Shown in pieces: positions 29,661 through 38,789 of a stretch of DNA of 64,000 nt (positions are counted from its first letter, which is position 1; every line of letters starts with the position of its first letter). This DNA comes from a virus. The notes beneath the pieces are model-generated. The model was not told where the DNA came from, did no database searches, and saw only the letters and a list, made by a program, of their open reading frames with translations. A program made the translations under genes and the position numbers. The stretch covers positions 1 to 64,000 of IMG/VR virus record IMGVR_UViG_3300037246_001176; one strand, given 5' to 3'.

Positions 29661-30404
29661 TTAAGGTTTTTGGTGCTTCGTGTGCCAAAACGCGAGATTC
29701 AACGTCCCCGGAAAAGTCGGCTCGCCTGCCCTGCCGGGAATCGTCCCCCACCGCAGGCCCAGCTTCCAGCACACGTATGGAAAGCTCACCTGATCCCGTA
29801 TGCTGAATTTTTGCAGTTCGCTCCACCACGCTTCGTTGAACTGGGCTATCCGCGCCGTGTTCCGGCGGATGAGGCATTTCGTCTCGGCCAGCCCCCACTT
29901 GGTCGGCATCCCCTCGTTTCGGTAAGCCCTGACCTGACGCTGCAACTCGATCTTCGAACCCTTCCCCTTTTTGACGCAGAATGCCGCTTCGTCGTACAGG
30001 CAGCATCTGTCATTATGGTTGAACGTCGCCATTTCCCGCTTCCCCAGCCAATTCCTGATCGCTTGCTTCGGCAGGATTCGCAGCCTCACATTGCCGTCTA
30101 TCCATATCGTCGCATCGGCGTCGGGAAAGTGCAGGTGGCTCATGATCTTGTGGTATCGGGCCATGCCCCGGTTGCTGCGCACCTTCTCTACCGGCCTCAC
30201 TTCCCAGCCGAGGTTGCTGTGAGCCCGATGCGTGTCCAGGATCACGTTCGGCCATTTCGCCGCCATCTCGTGCGTCCACAGCCCCTGCGACCTGCGTTCC
30301 CTGTCAGTGAAGGCCACCCACCTGGCCCCCCGCATGGCGACGGGCAGCGGAGACCATAGCGGGTCTATGTCACCGAACAGGGCAGTGTAGACGACGATGT
30401 TCAC
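29661..30404 (-). CDS. DUF616 (TOD1/MUCI70-like) glycosyltransferase
   Basis: VYTALFG..D, IWIDGN, RDQVSFPY. Confidence 0.85.
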   Translation of the reverse strand: MNIVVYTALFGDIDPLWSPLPVAMRGARWVAFTDRERRSQGLWTHEMAAKWPNVILDTHRAHSNLGWEVRPVEKVRSNRGMARYHKIMSHLHFPDADATIWIDGNVRLRILPKQAIRNWLGKREMATFNHNDRCCLYDEAAFCVKKGKGSKIELQRQVRAYRNEGMPTKWGLAETKCLIRRNTARIAQFNEAWWSELQKFSIRDQVSFPYVCWKLGLRWGTIPGRAGEPTFPGTLNLAFWHTKHQKP

Positions 30405-30991
30405 CTGCGCCGCCGCTTCCGGTACAGCGCCTGGTCACGTTTCTTCCACTTGCTCTGCAATTTGGAACCGTGCCTTTGATGTTTCAAGTAAACGTCCTTG
30501 CACCATATCACCTTGAACCCGGCTTTTCTTGCACAGTCATTATAGAAAGAATCCGAGGCATAATGGATGAACGCTTCGTCTAGCAGTCCTATTTTGTTAA
30601 TGAGTGCCCGTTTTATCAGCGCGCACCAGAAAGGCATGTGGCGCACCACTTGCAGTCCCTCCATGCCCAGCCAACCCCCACGCATCGGGTTGGTGCTGCT
30701 GCCGCCGCTCGGCCCGACGATGCCAAAATCCTTCTTGTGGTAGAGCGCCCGCTGCAGCGTCGCCAGCCAGCCGTGATGGAATGTGAGCACATCGTCGTTG
30801 AGCAGGCAGATGTCGCTTCCTGCATCCGCCCGCCTCATGCCCCGGTTGCAGGTCTTGGTGAATCCCGTCCGCTTCAGGTCATGCGAGATTATCAGTTTCG
30901 CCTCGCACCGCGCCGTCGCCAATGCCATCTTTCCCGTGCTCTCGCCGCGTGCCATGTCCAGCGTCGGGATGACGATGGTGATGGGGTTCAT
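30401..30991 (-). CDS. GT2-family glycosyltransferase
   Basis: GFTKTCNRG, LLNDD, IGLLDEAF; start at MNPITIVIPT. Confidence 0.85.
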   Translation of the reverse strand: MNPITIVIPTLDMARGESTGKMALATARCEAKLIISHDLKRTGFTKTCNRGMRRADAGSDICLLNDDVLTFHHGWLATLQRALYHKKDFGIVGPSGGSSTNPMRGGWLGMEGLQVVRHMPFWCALIKRALINKIGLLDEAFIHYASDSFYNDCARKAGFKVIWCKDVYLKHQRHGSKLQSKWKKRDQALYRKRRRR

Positions 30992-31578
30992 TCCGCCGCC
31001 TGCCCGAAGTGATGCGCCACTACAGACCCCCCGTTGAACGGATGGCCCAATAGCCACATCTTGACCGGCCTCTGCTCCAGCGCCCGCAGCAGCGCGCCCT
31101 GATCCCTGTCCCTGAACCGCAGCCACTCCTCGCGCCAAGTTCTGAAGAGTCTGGAGATGCGCCCGCACTTGCGGAACCACATCACCCCGCTGTTGACCAT
31201 GAGCGGCTGCCCCGTCTCCGCCAGCGTCACAGCCCGTTCCTCTTCCGTCAAGTGCCACAGCCCGTCCGCTCCCTGCTTCGCGCATGGCACGATGACCAGT
31301 TCCCAGCCTGCCTCCAGCATCTTGAACCCGACCGACAGGTTTCCGTATGGCCTGGTGTCGGCGTCCAGGTAGCACGTCAGCCGGTACGGGCTCAGCAAGT
31401 CTAGGTTAGTCTTGGCCCACCTGCCCGCCAGCCCCCCGTTCGCGCCGCACGGCACGCCCCTGTCGCCGATGACTATCACCGGCTCGCTGTGCCGCTGGCG
31501 CAGCATCCATACCGATTGCGCCTGCTCGCGCCGGGCATTGGGGCCGTAGGCAATGTAGCAGAAACCCCGTCCGTTCAC
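30988..31578 (-). CDS. GT-A fold glycosyltransferase (GT8/GT77-like)
   Basis: YLDADT DxD motif, NSGVMWF, DQGAL. Confidence 0.8.
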   Translation of the reverse strand: MNGRGFCYIAYGPNARREQAQSVWMLRQRHSEPVIVIGDRGVPCGANGGLAGRWAKTNLDLLSPYRLTCYLDADTRPYGNLSVGFKMLEAGWELVIVPCAKQGADGLWHLTEEERAVTLAETGQPLMVNSGVMWFRKCGRISRLFRTWREEWLRFRDRDQGALLRALEQRPVKMWLLGHPFNGGSVVAHHFGQAAE

Positions 31579-31856
31579 CCTCTGTATCTCTGATGAACGA
31601 TGCTCACCATTGGAATCGGCGCGCCTGGCTCCACGTCGTCAAAGTCCTCATGCTCAAATACAAAAACCAAACTGGGAGTGGGAGCAGGAGTCAAGCCGCT
31701 TATTGCTGGCCATTGCCTGTAAAACACGCTCTTGCATACGGCATCTTCAGGCAGCCCTTCCGTGCATTTGACGATCCTATCGCTGCCGGCCTCCCAGCCG
31801 ATCGTCATTATGTCCTGCCAAAGCACGCCCGATATTTCTACGCTAGCTAGGCCCAT
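31575..31856 (-). CDS. Hypothetical protein
   Basis: ORF with RBS, coupled to the downstream gene. Confidence 0.65.
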   Translation of the reverse strand: MGLASVEISGVLWQDIMTIGWEAGSDRIVKCTEGLPEDAVCKSVFYRQWPAISGLTPAPTPSLVFVFEHEDFDDVEPGAPIPMVSIVHQRYRG

Positions 31857-31869
31857 CGTCCTCTCCTAA

Positions 31870-32106
31870 TTAATATACTACTTTCCCAAATCCTATTCTT
31901 ACCATAGTGCTATCTGGTTCTGCCAATCTTTCTTCCAGACAATAATAATTGCCGGTTGTATGGCATTTCTTTTTACCCCTACGAACCGGGGCTGTCCAGT
32001 ACCAACCACGTTCATCTTTATGCCAAATAACTTCTGATAGCTTGACGTAAGCAGTGGAACAACACCAGAGTAACCCTACGAGCCAATCTCTAAATTTAAA
32101 CCACAT
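31870..32106 (-). CDS. Hypothetical protein (AT-richer)
   Basis: ORF with RBS. Confidence 0.55.
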   Translation of the reverse strand: MWFKFRDWLVGLLWCCSTAYVKLSEVIWHKDERGWYWTAPVRRGKKKCHTTGNYYCLEERLAEPDSTMVRIGFGKVVY

Positions 32107-32118
32107 CGTCTTCCCCTT

Positions 32119-33009
32119 TCACCTGATTCCCACCCACCCGGCTGGCAGCGTGCACACCAGCACCGGATGGGAATACAGCGCACGCAGAAAGGCGTGCGCC
32201 TCATTGGCCCCCGCCTCTATCTCGGCCGCCCACGCTTTTATAAGCCGCCGAGTCGTGTCTGTCTTGCGCATCCACACCGCCCGCGTGTCGTAGACTGGTA
32301 TCCGCAGGTCGCCGACCACGGCCTCCGTCTTCTGTTTCTCCTCCTTCGGCCCGTAATGCGCCGCCAGCGCCCGGTCACTCAGCAGCATGGCCGCCACTTC
32401 CCAGGCATCATAGCCTGCCCCGGTGGATTCCACCCGCGAGAAGCCGACTGCCGCCTGGGCCGCTGTCAGTTTCAGTTCTGGATTCCAGAGAAGCGTGCGC
32501 CCAAACGGGAGCGACGGCAGTCTCCCTCCAGTGATTTTTATTTGTTTGTATTTGTGCAGGATGTGCGTCGCCGCCTTCTTGTCTCCCCGTACCAGGACGC
32601 CGCAATCCTTGCATTTCCCCATGATGGCCTCAACCTTGTCCAGACCGGGATAATCAGCTTCCCCAGCGGCGATCCACGCCCGCGCCGTCTGCCGTCCCAC
32701 TCTGACCCAGTCGCCGGGGTAGAAAGGCCGGAGCTTTCCTGCGACCGAGATGTGCTTTATGGTCAGCAGCCGGACTCGCGCCGCGCCCTGCCCGCTTGCG
32801 GCGGGCACTGCCTGCTCCTTCTGCCTTTTGGGCTTCGGGGCTTTCGGAGCCGCCTCGCGTTCCGGTTCCTGGTTGACTGCGTCCCCAGCAGCGATCCATT
32901 CTAGTGCCATCTGCCGGCCGATGTCAACCGTCGATCCAGCCGGGAATTCTAGCACTTTTCCCCGCACGGAGATGTACTTGCGTTTCAGCAATTCTACCTG
33001 CACTGGCAT
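32119..33009 (-). CDS. Two small repeated domains fused to a degenerate glycosyltransferase-like domain
   Basis: Duplicated LLxxKxISVxGK...GRQxAxxWIAAGxA; C-terminus aligns by eye with 30988..31578. Confidence 0.65.
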   Translation of the reverse strand: MPVQVELLKRKYISVRGKVLEFPAGSTVDIGRQMALEWIAAGDAVNQEPEREAAPKAPKPKRQKEQAVPAASGQGAARVRLLTIKHISVAGKLRPFYPGDWVRVGRQTARAWIAAGEADYPGLDKVEAIMGKCKDCGVLVRGDKKAATHILHKYKQIKITGGRLPSLPFGRTLLWNPELKLTAAQAAVGFSRVESTGAGYDAWEVAAMLLSDRALAAHYGPKEEKQKTEAVVGDLRIPVYDTRAVWMRKTDTTRRLIKAWAAEIEAGANEAHAFLRALYSHPVLVCTLPAGWVGIR

Positions 33010-33059
33010 CGCCTCGCCAGCCTGGGTCGCTGTCGGAGCCGACCCAGGCCATGAGATGT

Positions 33060-33500
33060 TTAGACTACGATCTCCTGCCACGCCGTCACCGGGACGGGCG
33101 CGTAGTGCGGTATCATGCCGAACACCCACAGGCCGTAGGTGTAGGTGTCAACCGCGACTCTCACTTCGACGTTGACAAAGCTATAGCCCATCGCGAGCTC
33201 CTCGGCACGCAGTTCGATGGCTATGATGCCCTCGGTGTCTGCTGCCACTACCTCGGTGATGCTCTTGCCTGCGATGTTCTGGATTCCCGCTCCGGCATTG
33301 CTGGTCGCTTCCTCAATATCGATGTTGATGGTCGCGCCTTGCGCCGGGGTGCCGATGTTCAGCAGGATGATCATCCGGTAATAGTTCTCCATGTCCACCC
33401 AGCCAGTGTTGTGCTCGCCTACCGTTCCGTTCGCCGTGATGGGCGCGAGCGTGGCCAGCGGTTCGTGAACTTCCGTGAATCGTTCCGTGTAACTCGGCAT
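33060..33500 (-). CDS. Putative head decoration protein
   Basis: Immediately after the capsid gene; 146 aa, beta-rich; AGGAGG RBS. Confidence 0.6.
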   Translation of the reverse strand: MPSYTERFTEVHEPLATLAPITANGTVGEHNTGWVDMENYYRMIILLNIGTPAQGATINIDIEEATSNAGAGIQNIAGKSITEVVAADTEGIIAIELRAEELAMGYSFVNVEVRVAVDTYTYGLWVFGMIPHYAPVPVTAWQEIVV

Positions 33501-33519
33501 TTTATTACCTCCTGTTGAT

Positions 33520-33548
33520 GGGCAGGAGACTGATTCAGCCCCCTGCCC
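33520..33548. other. Stem-loop between the capsid and decoration genes
   Basis: GGGCAGG...CCTGCCC; no U-tract on the - strand. Confidence 0.5.
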
Positions 33549-33584
33549 GTGTTGTCTGTTTAGCCCATTGCTTTACAGGCTATG

Positions 33585-34856
33585 TTATGTTGCAACGTCG
33601 CCCAAAATGACAAAAGGTGAAATTTGGGTCGTAGAGTCTTGCAAAGTCAACGGTTGCGACAGCCACGGCTGGCCGTCCACCCTATGCACCATCCTCCACG
33701 ACGTCTGGTCAAACTGCCACCTGTCGAACTTCGTGCTCTCAACGGTGGTAGCCTGCCGGTCGCCGATGAGGTAATAGCGCCAGTCGGCCAGCAGGATGTC
33801 ACCCTGTGTGCCCATGGTCATCAGCTTCTCAGTCCACACGACGGGCATGCCGAACAAGTTGCCCGGAACGCCGTCGCGGGCGTTGGGGATCCACACGTAG
33901 CTCGGATTCCCCGCCGGCCCCGACTGCTGCAAGATGGCCGCCATCGCGCTCTGGCTGATGACCCACATCCCCTGGCCGCCAGGCAGGAAGTTCGCTAGCA
34001 TGTTCACCACGTCTACGAACGTGATGGTGCCTGCCGTCTGTCGCGGCACGACGATGGTCGCAGGCGCGTTGATGACGCCCGTCGGTTGGCCTACGCCGGT
34101 TCCCTGCAAGAAAGCGAAATCTTCCATCCAGACCGCTCCGCCAGCGAAGCCCATCGGCCCGGCCAGGAACGCCTGCAACGAGATCGCCGAATCGTCCAGC
34201 AGCTCGTCGCTCGCCCTGGTGTAACCGATCAGCTTGTGCGCCACAAGTGTCTTCTGCCTGAAGTTGGGCGTGGTGATGGTTTTACTGGTGGCCTCCGCCA
34301 GCCAGTAAAATTGCATACCACCAAACCAGTGAGGCTGCCCTGCCGCCGTCCCGGTCTGGTCCAGTACCGGGATGTTCAGCTGCCTGCGCCGCATCGGGAT
34401 GACGGTCGCCCGCCCGCGAACGATGGCGGTCTCGGCCATGACCGACTGAAGCTCGGCCAGGAATTCAACCGGCACGAGGAACCCGCCGGTCGCGCCGACG
34501 GCCTCGGCCATCTGCTTGGTCTCGCTGGACGGCGCATCGTCCTTAAACCCTTTCAGCCGGGGGTCAAGCACTTTCTGCGCCGCATGTTGCCAGGTCGCGT
34601 ACAGGAAGTCGCCCCAGGACTTGAACTGACTACCGTTCGGTTTCGGGTCTTCGGCCTGCATCAGGCCAGCGATGCTCTTGAGCTCGTCGGCCGCGTTCTG
34701 GATGTCCCTGTACTGCATAGCCTGAGATTTGAGCCCTCGATAGTTCTCCATCATCTCCGGCACTTTGGCCATGTCTTCGGCGGACGGCTCCTCGCCGAAC
34801 GCCTTGATCTCTTCCAAGAGGACTGTTGCCTCTCCCAGTTTGTCCTTGTAGTTCAT
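33585..34856 (-). CDS. Major capsid protein (HK97 fold)
   Basis: GGFLVP, SDELLDDS, FLQGTGVGQPTG, RVDGQP. Confidence 0.95.
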   Translation of the reverse strand: MNYKDKLGEATVLLEEIKAFGEEPSAEDMAKVPEMMENYRGLKSQAMQYRDIQNAADELKSIAGLMQAEDPKPNGSQFKSWGDFLYATWQHAAQKVLDPRLKGFKDDAPSSETKQMAEAVGATGGFLVPVEFLAELQSVMAETAIVRGRATVIPMRRRQLNIPVLDQTGTAAGQPHWFGGMQFYWLAEATSKTITTPNFRQKTLVAHKLIGYTRASDELLDDSAISLQAFLAGPMGFAGGAVWMEDFAFLQGTGVGQPTGVINAPATIVVPRQTAGTITFVDVVNMLANFLPGGQGMWVISQSAMAAILQQSGPAGNPSYVWIPNARDGVPGNLFGMPVVWTEKLMTMGTQGDILLADWRYYLIGDRQATTVESTKFDRWQFDQTSWRMVHRVDGQPWLSQPLTLQDSTTQISPFVILGDVAT

Positions 34857-36370
34857 TTCGTTACCTCCTTGTTGAGTTTGGCCAATGACTCAGCCTGCTC
34901 TTTGAGCCAGTCGGCCAGGTTTTCGATCTCCAATTTCAGCACCAACTCACGCAAGGTGGGTGATTCGTCGTCAACAATCGGCCCGGCCTCTTTATCGTCA
35001 TTCGCGGCCTGTTTGACAGGTGCACTCGTTTCCTCTTCTGGTACTACAATTACCGGGTTCTTCTCGAATCCCGGTAGCTCTATCCCCGCGTCATCCAGCA
35101 CGTCAATCAGCGTCAGCAGCGCCGATACTATCCGCGTCTCGTTGCGGCCTGCTAGTACGCGGCCAGCTTTCGTTTCGTCCCCTTCTGCGTCCCGCGCCAG
35201 TTCTGATTCGGGACTGACATCGTGCGGCACAAAGACGTACTCGCCGCCTATCCACTCGCCCTGCGGCGTGAAGGTTATGTCGTCCTCCGTCTTGACATAT
35301 CCTACTTGGTAAAATTCAACGCCGTCAGTAGCGTTGTTGTTTTGCACGATTACGTATTCATCATAAACCGCCATGACCCAATATCGCCACATATCATTCG
35401 GAGGGTTGTATTGACCCTCAAATGCTGTCCGCACATCCGCCACGTATTGCGTCAGGTCGACCGCCTTCGCTGTCCCTGTCGCACCTTTTTCCTCCTCATC
35501 CGTCCCTGTTTCTTTATCGGGCACTGCTTCTGGCTCTGCTTTCTCTGCCTCAACCGGAACGGCTTGCTTCTCGTGCTCGTCCACCCATGCCTGGGCTTCA
35601 GCAGTCGTGAATTTTTCCTTATCAAATATGAAGGATTGGGTCGTGGTTGTGGTCTCGTCCTCCAACCGCCCTATCACTGCCTGAATCCCGTCATCTTCGT
35701 CCCCGATGGTGATCGTCCTGAACGAGTCTTCCTGGAAGTCGCCCGGAGCGCGCACCCGTATCCGGATCGTGTTCTCCGTCACTTCTGGAGCGGGCTTGGT
35801 CTCGGTCGGCTCTTGCTCTTCATCGTCCGGCTTTTCTTTCACGCCTGTCACCATCGTTCCCGGAACTGCGCCAAACAGCACCGGGCCGTATTCGTATACC
35901 TTGACGGTTCGCAGGTTTCGGACGCTGACGTCGTCGCCGTCCTTATTCTTGACTACAGAACGGTCAACGTCAAGCGCATCGTAGCCATACGACCATTCCC
36001 GCACAGCCTTGTCGCGCAGCCGAATGAAGGCCCCCTTGCCTTCCGGCGTATCCATGAGCATCTGCGTCTGTGCCACGACGCCGCCGGTGGCTTCCGGATA
36101 TTTGGCGAGTATTTCTTGGGGAAGCTCGTTGCGCCCGACCTCCCTCACCGAGATGGGCGTGCCTATGGCGCGGTTGATGGAATCGGTGTTGTGCATGTCC
36201 AGCACCAGGAGCTTGTCGCCGCGCTCCGCCAGGGTTTTAGTCCAGCTGCCGGGGTGCGATATGTCCTCTACGAGATCCAGCACGCCGAAGACGGTGATGA
36301 CGTGCTCCACGATTCCTTTAACTTCGTCAATGACTTTCGTGCTTGCCGTTGGGAATATTTTGTGTTCCAT
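34853..36370 (-). CDS. Prohead protease (HK97 family) with long acidic extension
   Basis: FGVLDLVEDI, WSYGY, VYEYGPVLFGA. Confidence 0.85.
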   Translation of the reverse strand: MEHKIFPTASTKVIDEVKGIVEHVITVFGVLDLVEDISHPGSWTKTLAERGDKLLVLDMHNTDSINRAIGTPISVREVGRNELPQEILAKYPEATGGVVAQTQMLMDTPEGKGAFIRLRDKAVREWSYGYDALDVDRSVVKNKDGDDVSVRNLRTVKVYEYGPVLFGAVPGTMVTGVKEKPDDEEQEPTETKPAPEVTENTIRIRVRAPGDFQEDSFRTITIGDEDDGIQAVIGRLEDETTTTTQSFIFDKEKFTTAEAQAWVDEHEKQAVPVEAEKAEPEAVPDKETGTDEEEKGATGTAKAVDLTQYVADVRTAFEGQYNPPNDMWRYWVMAVYDEYVIVQNNNATDGVEFYQVGYVKTEDDITFTPQGEWIGGEYVFVPHDVSPESELARDAEGDETKAGRVLAGRNETRIVSALLTLIDVLDDAGIELPGFEKNPVIVVPEEETSAPVKQAANDDKEAGPIVDDESPTLRELVLKLEIENLADWLKEQAESLAKLNKEVTK

Positions 36371-36371
36371 T

Positions 36372-36599
36372 TTATTTTACCTCGCTTGGCCCCCAAGTCA
36401 CGTTTGGCCCAAAAGTAATGTTCGGCACCCTGCTCAACGTTCCTATGCGGCATACGGGACATTCGTATTCTGCCATGAAGCTCTCAAACAAGAGCGCCTC
36501 AAATCCGCAATGAGAACACAAATGTTCAACTTTTCGGTGCGTGAACACATAATGATAACGATATTTTTCCATGTCTGCCGTCGTATGGCCGCCGTCCAT
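36372..36599 (-). CDS. Small zinc-ribbon protein
   Basis: CSHCG...CPVC. Confidence 0.55.
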   Translation of the reverse strand: MDGGHTTADMEKYRYHYVFTHRKVEHLCSHCGFEALLFESFMAEYECPVCRIGTLSRVPNITFGPNVTWGPSEVK

Positions 36600-36612
36600 A
36601 GATTCACCCCAC

Positions 36613-36643
36613 AAAACAAAAAACGCCCGAATCCTGGGGCGTT
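36613..36643 (-). terminator. Intrinsic terminator upstream of the protease/capsid genes
   Basis: AACGCCC-caggattc-GGGCGTT-TTTTGTTTT. Confidence 0.7.
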
Positions 36644-36881
36644 CTGTCCTGCCGGTACTGACGCAGGTTCTGACACTCAGGTCGGGCGCTCTGGTCGCTC
36701 TGCTGTTGGGTTTTTAACTTACTTCACTCTCATTTTCTTAATGTCAGTCGGGCCAACACGCTCGCCCAAAACCCACTGTGATATGGGCTATAATGTTGCC
36801 TCAGAATTTTGCAATGCTGCCACCACGAACGGGGAAATAGCAGTATCCGTTTCCATAATGGTCTGCGCTTGAGTTTCACTA

Positions 36882-37262
36882 TCACTGTCGCCCCTCTACT
36901 TCTTTTATGCCTATCAATAACTTGTCAAAACTAGAAGTGCATCCCATCGTGAATTCTGTCTCTCCGATGCGCCAACGTCGCATGTTAACTTCTTCTGGCC
37001 AGTAAGATGTAGGCCCAACAGTATTGAAGAGTTTGTTAAACGCCTTATCAGGAAAGTCATGTACTATAGGTACATCAAAACGATCTTTGTCAAACGGAAC
37101 TTCATAAATTTCTACTTTTTCAAAGTCTATTTCGGACCACGCGGTCTTGGCCGCCAGTCCCAATCTAATATAATCTAGGCTGTCATCCCGCTCGTATGAA
37201 GTCGCCACCACATCCGCTAAGAGCTTACTTTTCATTTCTAGAAGTTCTTTTTCCGAAATCAT
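36882..37262 (-). CDS. Hypothetical protein
   Basis: N-terminus shared with 37443..37871. Confidence 0.7.
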   Translation of the reverse strand: MISEKELLEMKSKLLADVVATSYERDDSLDYIRLGLAAKTAWSEIDFEKVEIYEVPFDKDRFDVPIVHDFPDKAFNKLFNTVGPTSYWPEEVNMRRWRIGETEFTMGCTSSFDKLLIGIKEVEGRQ

Positions 37263-37442
37263 CCTTTATGCCTATCAATAATCTGTTGGATTTTAGCTTG
37301 TTTTTCTACTGCTGAAGACTCACATATAATGACAGAACCATAACAAAGCGGACACGCATATACTGGGTGTGAGGAAGTCACAAAACTCGGACTCAATCTT
37401 ATCAATCCGTCACGAGGACATAGAAGTCCACAATTTCCACAT

Positions 37443-37871
37443 TCATATACAACCTCTCTTGGCCGCATGGGATTGATTTCTACCACATCTGTTATTTTCA
37501 TCTCCATCAAACCTCTGCAACATTTCGGATACGGCGATGGGTATTTCTGCGTCAACCTGCGTTCCCTGCAAACACCTCTTGATGATCTCAAGAGCATCAG
37601 CCGCGATGTGCGACCAGGTTCCGCTGCGCCTGTAATGCGTCAGCGCCGTCAGTGCAATGCCCAGGCTCACCTCAAAGGCTTGGCTTTTCAACTTTAAGGT
37701 TGCTACTGTATCTTGTTGCTCAGCCATCAAGCCTCTATGACGATACGATAAAACCTCATCTATCAACTCAACACCTTGTACAACCAGCCATGTCAAGAAT
37801 TCTTCCGCATCATCTATAACGTCTGCCGAGAGTTTAGCTTTCATTTCCAGAAGCTCATTCTCCGAAATCAT
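37443..37871 (-). CDS. Hypothetical protein
   Basis: MISENELLEMKAKLSADV. Confidence 0.65.
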   Translation of the reverse strand: MISENELLEMKAKLSADVIDDAEEFLTWLVVQGVELIDEVLSYRHRGLMAEQQDTVATLKLKSQAFEVSLGIALTALTHYRRSGTWSHIAADALEIIKRCLQGTQVDAEIPIAVSEMLQRFDGDENNRCGRNQSHAAKRGCI

Positions 37872-37886
37872 TTCCAAACCTCTCCC

Positions 37887-38081
37887 TCAACTCGTGGCTA
37901 GTAAAAAGCCTTTTTCAGCCATAAATTCTGAAAACAGTCTGTCTTTCGGCTGTTGCTTCATTTCCTCAATGAACTCATCTATCATGTTACAAGGAATGAG
38001 ATAACCATTGCCTGTCTCTTGCTGGCTCATTGATTCTGTTAAGCCTGTCAAGATCTCAAGATCTGTTTCAATCATCCCCAA
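37887..38081 (-). CDS. Hypothetical protein
   Basis: ORF flanked by 22-bp direct repeats. Confidence 0.6.
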   Translation of the reverse strand: MGMIETDLEILTGLTESMSQQETGNGYLIPCNMIDEFIEEMKQQPKDRLFSEFMAEKGFLLATS

Positions 38082-38283
38082 ACCTCTCCCTCAACTCGTA
38101 AATCAGCCCCAGCACCTCCTGCAGCTGCCCCGGCCTGCACACGGAGGCTAGCAGATCAGCTATGGATATGGCATTGGTGTGGCGTTCACCATGGTGTCTT
38201 GATTCTACCACAATTGCGCCGTTTTGTAAAGTGGCGAAAGGCACGTCACAGGTTCGGCAGCGGAGGTCAACGGTCTCACTCAC
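38068..38283 (-). CDS. Small Zn-binding protein (Com-like regulator?)
   Basis: DLRCRTC...SRHHGERH. Confidence 0.5.
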   Translation of the reverse strand: MSETVDLRCRTCDVPFATLQNGAIVVESRHHGERHTNAISIADLLASVCRPGQLQEVLGLIYELRERFGDD

Positions 38284-38450
38284 CTTTGCACTTCCAATTT
38301 ACCAAGATAATCATTGGGATTAAAATGGCATAGAATCGCCAATTCCCCAAGTGTATGCCTAATGCTGAAAGCCATAGAATTAGATAAAAGGCGTATCCGC
38401 GTTGCTGTAGCCATTGAGCCATATCATTGTATGATTGCTTCCAGCTCATC

Positions 38451-38789
38451 CTAGTTGAGCCCATCCAGCTCCGCCTTTGTCTCTGGTGACAGCGCCTTAC
38501 CTTCTGTATCAAGTTCTTTCGTGAGCAACGATGTGTCCATGCCTATGTCTGTCAAGACCTGATACAGTCCCGATTCAAGGGGCATTATGACCTTGTTGTT
38601 GAGTCCTAAATTGCCATGAAAGTTAAGCGCTTCCAAAACTTCATGAAGGACTGTAGATTCTCTTTGCTGGCGGGTCAACCCCTCGGCTATTTGTAGAATC
38701 TGTCGCTTGGCATGGAATCTCCCGTAAGCGCCGATTATATCGTCGTCGCCGTCCTCAATCAGTTTGTAATCATACCCCAAGATTTTCAC
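38451..38789 (-). CDS. Metallopeptidase-like small protein
   Basis: STVLHEVLEAL (HExxH variant). Confidence 0.55.
   Translation of the reverse strand: MKILGYDYKLIEDGDDDIIGAYGRFHAKRQILQIAEGLTRQQRESTVLHEVLEALNFHGNLGLNNKVIMPLESGLYQVLTDIGMDTSLLTKELDTEGKALSPETKAELDGLN

Noticed and set aside
1233-36418. Long + strand ORFs (e.g. 1233..2360, 14318..15412, 29175..30359, 34086..35312, 35222..36418)
   Set aside because: Antisense shadows of well-supported GC-rich - strand genes; no recognisable motifs
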